NCBI GenBank assembly: GCA_010093745.1
Contig: MU005958.1
Span: 620,001-675,829 of the forward strand
DNA length: 55,829 nucleotides
Reading direction: 5' to 3'
DNA from: Piedraia hortae CBS 480.64
Taxonomy: Eukaryota
Shown here one piece after another: positions 37,501-46,716 of the stretch; position 1 is the first letter of the stretch, and the number at the start of each line of letters is the position of its first letter. The notes under the pieces are model-generated. The model saw only the letters and a program-made list of their open reading frames with translations, did not search any database and was not told the DNA's origin. Made by a program: the position numbers and the translations under genes.

Positions 37501-38628
37501 CTGGAACAGACATCAAACCGCCTTGATAGGGCCCAGATGGATGTTGCAGACCGGGATCGTCTACTCAGACATCGTGATGGTTTGCTGGAGAGTACGAGCC
37601 TCGAAAGCCGTCGACTCTCTGATCTGCTGGACAAGGAGCGGGCCTCCCGGAAGCACGATCTTGACCAGTTCGATCGTGCATCTCGCGGCCAGGCCACTCA
37701 TCTGCGTGAACTCGCACATAGCCAGGCACGGGTGCTTGAGCTTGAGACGGCCTTTAGCCAAGACAAGCGTAAAATGGCCAAGTTAGAGCAAGAGTATCAT
37801 GACCAGCTGGAAGAACGTAACGACGCGCTCTTGGAAGTGTGGAAGCGATTAGCAGCAATATGCGGGCCCGAATGGACAAAGAAGCACAGCTCAGTCCTTG
37901 GCCAGAGTCCTTCAACCGACATTATACACAACCATCTGGGAGCCTTCAAGAGGAATTTGATAACAGCTCTTTCCACCATTGAAGCTCTAACTGGTCGCTA
38001 CGAGACGCAGATGCGACAAGTTGAGAAGAATCTCTGGCGAGAGTATCAGGGCCTCAACGAGAAGGTCAAACACGGTGTGCGGCGGGTAGGTGCTCTGGAA
38101 GAAGCTGTAGCCGCTCCCCAGGGTTCAAATGGACAATTTGATGGGGAGAACGCTCGTCTAAAGGCAGAGATCAAATCGTTGAAATCCGAAATCCGCCTCC
38201 ATAGACAACAGCACGCGTTAACACAACAAACCCTCCAGAGCCAGCAGCAGCATGGTGATCTTCGACGAAGCATCACCGGAGGAAGTAATAGCCTAAGCGG
38301 GACCTCCCCAGGGAGGGCTTTGGCCGCACTTTTGCGCCATAGTTCTGTGACATCCAATACCGAGGCACAGTCCGCAACACAACGGCCTCCTTCCACAACC
38401 GCTGCGACGGAAGAACGAACGTCATCCATGTCCAGCAACGAACAACGATGGATACACCGGTTTAAGGAACTGGAGACGCGGCTAAAGGCCGAACGCGAGA
38501 GGAGGCTGCAGGATAGACGCGATGCGAGACATAGACTTGAGGAGCAGAGGCAGGAGTATGAGGAACTAAAGGCTAGACTGGAGAAGGAGAGGTTGAAGAA
38601 TAGCAGCAATGGGACGGAGGGAAATTGA
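34585..38628 (+). CDS. apsB: Gamma-tubulin complex receptor ApsB/Mto1 (CM1 coiled-coil protein)
   Basis: CM1 motif LTLKEQNNKMDMLTKENFELKLKIHFL, long coiled coil, LRRDLGAQTSMLTSRNRERERL, and C-terminal WIHRFKELETRLKAERERRLQDR. ACGCGT (MCB-like) at 34549-34554. Confidence 0.9.
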   Translation: MSDTPPVDASPSTPSRGSARRKPRKLQRRSIDVDAEGREESTTPQTLIKSSHGSDVNMDQDKKSSTNSKLPKFALVLDQGDDGSMDEGAMQRHLMDVESSFMPDQPSEVPEQLNDGNESSQLDVSAGSEQNDDEGHIARQDVAPSPSSPSAQRQWAKSPPMTPSRSQSETSTIKSAFSPHPEQIALPHSDLMSFGSPNSSIRNSLTHRPSYLSSVSEGASANSGDAAGGVRTDATARPQQRLPMTSRLPSLGSVVSYTDRAEVPPGFGRGSSYNRRGTSLGNVEEGDPETPRGGEAATQNLSDTVLAQHVDRIHVPDTVARDFRAQNRSTDPQPNASMGFGDRARRTLTLKEQNNKMDMLTKENFELKLKIHFLDQALQKRSDDGVKELIDQNVQFQTDLANANKELTALRRKARDQERRLGEQDKAMAELRRQKREEEPVLQAEMHEEILVLRQQLDYSKDQASQLRDELMAKEQERVRMTERMRSLAGSRGHDAAGLRETMDMWQDLLHAETGRREQAEEDMRRLREELTALRIEHASPMPRESTGRPHTSEGVHSDAPSDWSSTRIEQLRHENAELRRDLGAQTSMLTSRNRERERLQQEIEDLKLLTRKTVSVAGESIFERSVSRARQRAQSRASEAVSSVPEAPEDWERKEGMLRDQNAELRLKYQELERTHGAHLRYVSAIEGDFEQMEKELNEAREDVRAIQAERDELLQACDEKEKELQELEDEATAEMQKLQQEKLDLDGQLQEAQRLWSKAQSKLERTADDYRGLQGELRSITQSVMNLEDEKLASQRTMQTLEQQLAEAETELQTWENKVAELEQKNRKLEITQESLHGEISFLREEQESDKIKIGELADALDAAQQAVQDGKDRLQEMEAAMAEERQQRDVLENQSREEVQRVLDDLNSENSKAKDELRQLRRSVSAKEVEATTNKQRLDELERALREILGEPNGNRQTLLSEVERLQRELEQTSNRLDRAQMDVADRDRLLRHRDGLLESTSLESRRLSDLLDKERASRKHDLDQFDRASRGQATHLRELAHSQARVLELETAFSQDKRKMAKLEQEYHDQLEERNDALLEVWKRLAAICGPEWTKKHSSVLGQSPSTDIIHNHLGAFKRNLITALSTIEALTGRYETQMRQVEKNLWREYQGLNEKVKHGVRRVGALEEAVAAPQGSNGQFDGENARLKAEIKSLKSEIRLHRQQHALTQQTLQSQQQHGDLRRSITGGSNSLSGTSPGRALAALLRHSSVTSNTEAQSATQRPPSTTAATEERTSSMSSNEQRWIHRFKELETRLKAERERRLQDRRDARHRLEEQRQEYEELKARLEKERLKNSSNGTEGN

Positions 38629-39739
38629 GGGATGGTGGTCTCGTTCTTTAGCCTGGTATGATTATTGTAATGCTGTATCAACTATACATATTGTAAGCTG
38701 ATTCGCATGCATTATCTGCTATCCCTGAGCTGGTGAACTGGTTTCGAAAAGTCGTGACGTAGTGCGGTGTGCAACAACCATTCTAGTCAGCGTGTCCCAC
38801 CACCCCACTCCACCCCACCTTCTTAAAGCCAAAAACTACAAATTTTTTTTACAATCTGACCTTCTCCAATGTCGCCCACATGGGAAGGTCCGGACAAGTC
38901 CTTTTCATGCTGGATGGTTTCCCGCCGGCCGTAGCCGACGGCCGCCCTCTGTTTCCCCTCCTCACCTAGGCGGAAACCAGTGCACTGGTTGACTTCTGGA
39001 GATCGCATGCGCAGGGTTGGAAAAGGTACTGGGTAGCCTTCCAACACTGATCAGTGGTAGCATCGGGCGACCATAGAACAGCAAGAGTGAAGACGCAGGA
39101 TTCGCAATGGACTGCGTAATCCCCTTCTGGGCGTTTGTACTGCTCTTTGGAGTGTATCAGCTCGAAAGCCCGTCTCGCCAATTCCCCGCGACTTTCATGT
39201 AATGTCCATTAAGCATTTGACAACATGCACATGCAATCACGCCTGCTACAGGTGGAGACAATTGAGCTTTCGGCCTTCCCCCTCTTGTGTGTCTTGGAAG
39301 AGGTGATGTAGAACTAAGATCCAAGATCGGCTCCTCGCTGCTTGACCGCAGAAGATAGAGATGCCTCAGACAATACCTCAGTGTCACACCGCACCTTTGT
39401 CGATTCCCTGTAGAACGTCGGAAGGTCCTGATAGAGGTAGTCCAACACTGTTGTGCGTGAATTCACTTCGAAAAGCCACACACCTACCATGAGGGTACAA
39501 GAAAATCCTATTGCGCCATAGGGTTTATTGGCGAAGCGTCAAGATATGCATCAACATCGACCAGAGCGGCAAGTCGCATTCAACACACAACACTCTGAAA
39601 AACGTAACAGTTGCGGACAGGGTACTCCAAAGCTTGCAGATTCTCCTGGCAATCGATTCCTTCAGATCCGATCAATATGCGACCATCGGGACCCTCAAAG
39701 CGAGAAAACAACTCAAGAATAAGGGTGAAAATGTCCTAG

Positions 39740-40186
39740 ATACCAATGCGGGCTGTCCGACGAAGCTGGATCAAGTTACCAAGAGTCGTGCCGCGTATAA
39801 GGTGTGCACTGGTAAGCGAGACTCGGCACCTTGTGTTGTTCGGGTATTGATGCAAGACTTGGTTATTGATTTTTCAAGCGAAACAGTCCGCAAGCCCTTC
39901 AAAGAAAACGAATTGAGGGCCATAAAACAGGAGAAGACCCCACTCCGGACGAAAAAGACGATGAAAACTGGGAGAAGGTCCTCTTTATTGACGAGACCAA
40001 GATTAATACGATCGGGTCCGACGGGATGACGTGATGTGGGTTCCGCCCAACGAGAAGGAGCTTGAAACACGCAATGTGAAGAGTACCGTCAAGTATGGCG
40101 ATAGCAGCACCATAATTTGGGGCTGCATGTCAGCAGCGGGTGCCGGCCGATTTGTGCGTGGAGTTGAGGGGATGGACGTAAAGCAG
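39740..40186 (+). mobile_element. Tc1/mariner transposase fragment
   Basis: HTH-like GCPTKLD..SSETVRK..ELRA..KTPL, then NWEKVLFIDETKINTIGSDG (first catalytic D) and TVKYGDSSTIIWGCMSAAGAG..EGMD. Frameshifted and truncated. Confidence 0.85.
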
Positions 40187-40580
40187 CCCGCAGGTTGACG
40201 CAAAAGTACTTGGTGGATGCTTATGCCATCATCGACCAGTCCAGGCTGGCTTGGATGGAGTGGAACCAGCATGGAATCCTGGCTGATCTCTGTAACAATC
40301 TTGCGGATCATCTGGATATAGGGGAATCTGGACCGGAAGCCGGGAAGGAGAATTTGTTCTTCCGTCCTCCTACACCAGAGGTGACCAACATGTGCGCAAA
40401 CTCTACCAGGATTCAATGGAGATTGTCCGCTGCTTCGGCAAACCGTCACTGTTCATCACCATGACGGCGAATCCTCAGTGGCCCGGAATCGTTGGCAACC
40501 TTGCACCCGGCTGCACTGCTCAAGATGACCCAGCCCTGAAAGCCACCGTTATCGCTCTGAAGCGCAGGGCGCTGGATGAA
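40187..40580 (+). mobile_element. Helitron Rep-region fragment
   Basis: RLTQKYLVDAYA..RL.W..NQ..ADL, LPSSY.RG and LYQDSMEIVRCFGKPSLFITMTANPQW match the Helitron N-terminal region. Confidence 0.88.
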
Positions 40581-42058
40581 CAAGCTCAAAACCCATTTTG
40601 GGGGTCGTGTTGAAGCTGGTAAATTTACCAGCTTCAACACGACCGCAGCCTATGTCTTTCGGCACAGGGGCAGCTGGTCGTAGCCAGCAAGCGTCCGCAC
40701 TCAGCAGCTTCTTGAAAGTGCCAAGCTTGCGAAGGTTCAAGCGGTAGACCTGTTTGGTTGTGGAGGGCTGGCGAGATTTCTGAAGGTATGGACGACCCTG
40801 GAACCTATCGCGGATCATGTAGCAGAGCGTTAACCCGACGGAGTCAAACTGGGTGTTCTGGCTCAGGGCCTGATTAACGTCAAGCGGAAAACACACAACA
40901 ATACCCTAGCGCGTCAGAGGCAGGAAGAATGGTCCAAGTCGGCGCGACTTCTTGAGGTCGCTGGGCAAGTAGCGTGAAGCATCTAAAGGTTCATGCAACC
41001 ACTAATACGGTTTTCAGCAAGGGCGAAACTGGATGCGCAATAACTATATCTTTGGCTCGTACGAGCCTAGCTTCTGGCGTGGGCTTGTGGTGCTAGCTCG
41101 ACACAACCTTAAGAAAAGCCTGCTGGAAATCAACAACGCCCTGCTGAAAACGCTGCTGTGGGAGGTGATTCAACATATCTTCTCGCAAGACTCAAAGGTG
41201 GCATTCAACACGCCGGAGTCAAAGCGCTGGGCTGGGGCAATGTGGGTAAGTTTACCTGCAGTCGACGACTGCCTTTTTTTTCTAAGTCTTCTACCAGCAT
41301 TGGGTCGCCAAGAATTACGCCCAGTTCGCCTCACACCAAGAATGTTCTTGTGCGGCATACAAGGCCTACCAGTGCCTGCAAGCGATGAAGCTGGACAACA
41401 ATATTGAGACGTGGGGGTGGGAAAAAGGAAAAGACAACGGCCAAACTCTGGCCCTTATTGGCCCGATACCGGATCTGGGCGAAGGAGCCGAAGAAGGCGC
41501 TGCCCACCAGGGGGAGGAGGTATGAAGAAATGCGAATGGATGCAGACGATGTATCAAACGACCTCGAGTCGTTTCATTAAGTAGAATCATATGCAGCAAT
41601 TGGAAAATCCTTTCGACCACTTTTATCGCGTTTCTATTATGTCTCCCCCACATCAATTTATATGACGTTCCTGGGATGTTTTATTCAATGTCCTCTTTCG
41701 GACGTCAGATCAAAATTCAGATATCGGAGCTTGAGTTTGAAAAAGTGTCATGGCGTCCAAGCTGACGTCCCTGCGACGTTTGGCTCATGAAGCTGTTTCG
41801 GATGTCAAAGTCAGGCTCAAAAATTGGTACTGAGGACGGACTCTGAGTCTGGAAAGTCGTCATAGATGTCCGAGCAGCCTGGCCGTGGGCTGTCGGTATC
41901 TTCCAGTTGAATGCTTGACGTTGAAACGGTGATGAACAAGGTGAAAAATTAGCTAGCTTCTTGCAATCCAATGGCTAACAAGGTGAAACATTCGCAGCAC
42001 AACAAGATACATCATTAATACCTTAGGGCCTTGGGATAGATCCATCCACCTCCATCAT

Positions 42059-42814
42059 TCAACCCGACACCCCTCCATCTCCATGACCCCCTCCATCTCC
42101 ACGCCCATCTCCATGCGCCAACGCATTCAACTGCATCCCCGTCCCAATACCTCCAGCATTTCCACTCCTCTTCGCGCTCCTAACAACCAGTTCCCTTTCC
42201 TTTCGACCCTTGCGAGAACTCTCCTTCCCTCCCCGCCCCAACATCTCCTCCTCCAACCCAGCAAGAATTCCACCCCCCTTCTTCACCTTCCACTCCGCAA
42301 CCACAACCACAACCGCCATAATCATCGAAAGATCCACCATCGGCTCAACCATCACCTCCCTCGAATTCACCTTCTCCGACGGAACAATCTTCGCCACGAA
42401 CCTCTCTCCCAGCAAAACCTCCGTGAGCGACAAATCCCAATTCGAGCGACAAAGGAGCTGCACGCTGCGAGACTCGGCAGAAGCGTTGGCAAATGATACG
42501 GTGCTGTGGCGGCCAGAGGGCGAGTCGTCGACTGTGATTATGAAAGGATACTTTGTGTGTGTTGTTTGGGATTTCTTCGGGGAGGGGTCGAGGGCGAAGA
42601 GGGGTTTTTTGGTGTTGGGGGTGAAGAATTTGAGGCGGGAGGTGAGGGGGTTTCGCTTGGTCAGGAGGAGGGGGGTGGTGGTGTTGTTGGTCCGGGCGAG
42701 GAAGTTTTTAGTGGGGGTTTTGGTTATGAGGAGGTTTGTGGGCGTGGGGAGGTAGAGGGCTGGGGTGTAGGGCTGAGGGCCCAGGGGTGGGTTGAAGGGT
42801 TTGGGTTCGGACAT
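42059..42814 (-). CDS. LURP-one/tubby C-terminal-like protein, paralog A
   Basis: FNPPLGPQPYT..., VSFANAS..VQLLCRSNW, VMVEPMVDLSMIMAV. An alternative upstream ATG is at 42880. Confidence 0.6.
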   Translation of the reverse strand: MSEPKPFNPPLGPQPYTPALYLPTPTNLLITKTPTKNFLARTNNTTTPLLLTKRNPLTSRLKFFTPNTKKPLFALDPSPKKSQTTHTKYPFIITVDDSPSGRHSTVSFANASAESRSVQLLCRSNWDLSLTEVLLGERFVAKIVPSEKVNSREVMVEPMVDLSMIMAVVVVVAEWKVKKGGGILAGLEEEMLGRGGKESSRKGRKERELVVRSAKRSGNAGGIGTGMQLNALAHGDGRGDGGGHGDGGVSG

Positions 42815-43391
42815 GGTTGGTTGGTTTGTGAGGATAAACAGGATTGTGAGTGGGGGTTGTGAGTAGAGAGGGGGTGTCATATGTTTTGTTGGGGCGGGTT
42901 AGTGATGTGATGAGAAGTCATCAGATGCTGACGAGAGGGGAAGGTGCGAGGGTCTGGTAGCAGATTGAGATTGCACGACTGTTATTTTAAATGCTTTAGG
43001 TCGATTTACACGAGCAAAGGTAGAAAAGACGAATTCTGAATGTACTGTCTCAGACACGAAGAAACAAAACCATCTTTGGGTGCAGACTGGTAAATTCAGT
43101 GACGAACGAAGAGAAGAAAGAAAGGGATTTGTCTGCGTAACCATGGCATTTCATTCGCAGGTGTGGTGCAATCTACACTATTCTCATTCCCATACCTCCC
43201 ATGGACGCAACCCAACATCCATTTTTCCAAGGCACTCCCTTGACAAACAACAAGATAGGTAGGTTTAGCGTGACTGGGAGGGACCGTCTCAGAATACCCG
43301 TAACTCCACAGTAGAAACTGACAAATCCACACAGCCTATGCCCTCGCGGTGGACGATCCTCCAACTGAGGGAATAGTAGGCCACGCTATAC

Positions 43392-43994
43392 TTAACCCGA
43401 TCGCAGGGCTTTTAATGCAGGCAAAGCCGGCCGGGGCTTCCCCTTTTTTACCCTCCAACTCGAATGTGCAACCCCCAAAGCCATCACCAACGAAAGGTCC
43501 ACCATTGGTGCCACCTCTATGGAATATGTATTGGACATCTCCGAGGGATGTGTCTGGGCTACCAATTGCTTGCCAAGTTTGACCTTAGTCAGTGACTTAT
43601 TCCAGTTCGTACGGCACGAGAGCTCGATTTTGCGGCCGTCGGCGGCGTTTTCAAACTCGACGGTGCTGCGTAGTCCCGAGCGGTGGGAATTATCAAATAC
43701 GATTGTGAAGTTGTATTTGGTAGAGGTGGTGTAGGCTTTCGTTGGGTATTTTTTGAGCTTAAAAAGGAGATTTTTCCTCTCGGTGTTGGCGGTGTAGAAT
43801 CTGAAGGAGAAGCGGTAGGGGAAAGGTTTGGTAGTGCAGATAATGTCACTCGGGGCAGGGCATGAAGCATGGCCTTTTTCGGCGTCCGTACTAATGTTGA
43901 AGGCCGTGGTTTCCGTGCTGTAAAGATTTTCCGTATAAGGCCGGGGGCCAAGGGGTGGGTCGAAGGGTGCGTTAAATTGTTTACTGCGGGGCAT
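43392..43994 (-). CDS. LURP-one/tubby C-terminal-like protein, paralog B
   Basis: FDPPLGPRPYT..., VEFENAADGRKIELSCRTNW, YSIEVAPMVDLSLVMAL. Clearly homologous to 42059-42814. Confidence 0.65.
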   Translation of the reverse strand: MPRSKQFNAPFDPPLGPRPYTENLYSTETTAFNISTDAEKGHASCPAPSDIICTTKPFPYRFSFRFYTANTERKNLLFKLKKYPTKAYTTSTKYNFTIVFDNSHRSGLRSTVEFENAADGRKIELSCRTNWNKSLTKVKLGKQLVAQTHPSEMSNTYSIEVAPMVDLSLVMALGVAHSSWRVKKGKPRPALPALKALRSG

Positions 43995-45334
43995 GGCTGG
44001 TCTGGGGATGGAAATGATTGTGTGAGAATTAATCAGGTGGTAATAATGTTTTGGTGAGTATAGGAGATAAGCTGAAGTGCTAACAGAGACCTTCAGACAT
44101 CGAATTCTATCTACAGGGAAGGCACAAGTCAGCTGACAAATATAGCACAGCAGTACTGATTCCTAGTAGTTCAGAGTCATCTACGTCAAGATTGAAGGAC
44201 AATGAGAGATGGAAACTGATTTATCATCGCCATTCGTTGGGATGCTTTCCATTCGGTCGCGTGGCCGAGAAGCGCGCTGCCGCGTCGATCGCGACACTTT
44301 GGGATAAATCATCACCGAGTAGCACCCAGCGAATCGTCAGACACGGAGTATAAGGTCATCTTAGTAGAACAAGGCCAAGGTGGCCCAGACATAAATTTGG
44401 GGCGCATTTCTGTTGACGCCGAAGCAGGCCAGTTGCTGCTGTACTCAGAGTAGAGCTCGAACATGTCACGGACAGTCATCAGCGCTACCAAATCAGGTAT
44501 ATCATGACAGACAAGCTATTAGCGTGACATAAGCTAGAGTACTGTTCTGAATTGTTCCGAGACGTACATCAAGCTAGGTTTAGGACAAGGAATCTGCGGA
44601 TACGGATCGGATCGCGGATATGAGAATCTTTACCTGTTTCAGACCAGTTGTTTCTACTACTCAACCTCTCATTGGCCAGTTGCATGGGAAGACGGCCACT
44701 AAACCAAAACAGGGTCTCTAGCTCTGACAATTAGCCATGACGCTCGATGACACGTCATGACGGTCATTTGAAGAGCCCTAACTCAGAGGCCTGGCGATTC
44801 TGATTGGCCAGCTTTCAAAAGCTGCTAACATTGGTGAAGATCTGGGGAAAGAACCGCTTTGAAATGGGTTTTATGAAAGAACGGTTCTTTTACGGTTCTT
44901 CGATGGTATTTTAGCGGTTTATATTCTTCGTCCGTGCACAATTATAGCACATGGCCATCTGATCTGACCGCCAAACTGCCCTAGCCTCGTACCATGATAC
45001 ATATTCCCGCTGGCGATTGTAGTAGTCATAGTGTTCGTTTGAAGTATTGGTTTCCATTGATACGTTTTCTCATGGCTTGGGGAAGAATCAGCGAGTGCCA
45101 AGTACTCCAAGCCAGCTCGATGCGATACCCACCCTGCTCCCACCTCAAAGACAACAATTGATGGCAGTGTTAGATAGAATGACCAACATAAGCTGTAAAA
45201 TACCAAGCAGAAATGTGTAGGGCAGCCAGATCAGACGGTCACGTGCTATCATTGTGCACGGACAGAAAATATAAATCACAAAAGAACCACAAAGAAACGT
45301 GCTTAAACCGTCCTATCATAAAAGCCATTTCATA

Positions 45335-45582
45335 TGTCAGAACTCAGGGCCTACATTATGCGGAAGGGCCCGGTCCGTCCGCGGCCCGAGTCTAGTGGCC
45401 CCACTCTGCGGCACATATTTAGGCGGCACTGACTTTTCTCTTCTCTTCTTCATGCGTTGTTCTCTGTCTACATAAGATCTACGCCGTCTTCTCGTCCATA
45501 GCCCATTGCTTTGAGCCTCTCACCCTTGTCTCTCATCGATCCCTCGACCTCGACCCCTCGTCCTTAGCCTCGTGTTGTGACA
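45335..45582 (+). mobile_element. Solo LTR, copy 3 (248 bp)
   Basis: TGTCA...TGACA termini; TSD TCATA at 45330-45334 and 45583-45587. Confidence 0.92.
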
Positions 45583-46716
45583 TCATATCGGTTCAATTCC
45601 CCAAATCTCCACGAACGTTAGCGGCCTTTGAGATCTGACTAATCAGACTCGCCAAGGCTTTGAGTTGCGAACTGAATTGAGTTGTTCAAGTACAAGAGTT
45701 ACAAATTTTAGTCGTCAGGTTACGTAATAGTTGTAAGAACTGAAGGCCTTCTCATGCTGTGGTTCGACCGGTGTTGATGCTGAGAGTGTTTCTACCCAAT
45801 GAATCTGCCGGTGACTACCTCAGAATACATCCCACTCCAGTCATATTTATCGCTGCCATGAGCCTCATTCCCAGCGGGAGTAAATCCTCGCTTTTCAATC
45901 ATGACAGCAAGAGAGTTGCGTTTTGTAATTCTCCCTCAATACCCACTACGATCTCCTCCGTGGCTACATTGGCTTCTGATCGCCTAAACGAGTCTTTCCC
46001 GTCTTCTTTCCAGTCATTCGGGTTTTCTCTTCGTAACATCGTATCAGTTTCCCAGCCTTCTCCTCCGTCATCTCATTTCGCCCGGCCCATCCCCATTCGC
46101 GAACCGTAGGCCTCCGCTCACTCAAGCCATCGGAATACTCGTCCTGCATGTTTGGACACGTAGGGTCTTTGAGTTGGCCGGCTAGTTTCGGACTGAAAGG
46201 TACATTACGCAGCTCTTCGCGTGGGATGCCCATATTTCGCATTCTCTTGTCAGTGCCCGGCTAGGCTGACTCTGTCTGCCTGAGGTCACATTGCGTGCTA
46301 ATGACGTGTATAATGGCCTGGAATGGAGGCACGATGGGAATTCAGCGGTGAGATCAATTGATGCAGGCAAGTCGCGCCAGTGGACAGACTCAAGCGGACG
46401 CCAACGGATGTCCAAATAACGGCTGACCCGATTAAGTGGTAATTGAACTTACCAATCGATCGGGTCAGGCTTTGACAGCAGGAACGTGGTCAGAGGTGAC
46501 CGAAGGTAGAGCATCAAGTTGCTATACCCAGACGAAAACTGTCAAGGTCGGCCATTCTCTGCTACATTCACGTCTTCTAAGTCCTAAAGGACGCAAGACG
46601 GCACTGCATGGCTCGACGTCGTGGATGAAGCCGTAGAACGTCGACACGTGACTTCCTCATCCACGCGCAACCCAAGGAAAACAAAAAAAGTTGGCCGTGG
46701 TCCACAGCGCACAAAA

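Noticed and set aside
38966..39400. Possible MULE C-terminal relic (CLRH, RGGRPK, CxxCxxxxGH)
   Set aside because: The motifs are too short and degenerate to support a call.
5308..45582. LTR copies 1 and 3 as ends of one 40-kb element
   Set aside because: Each has its own matching TSD pair, and the interval holds essential single-copy genes.
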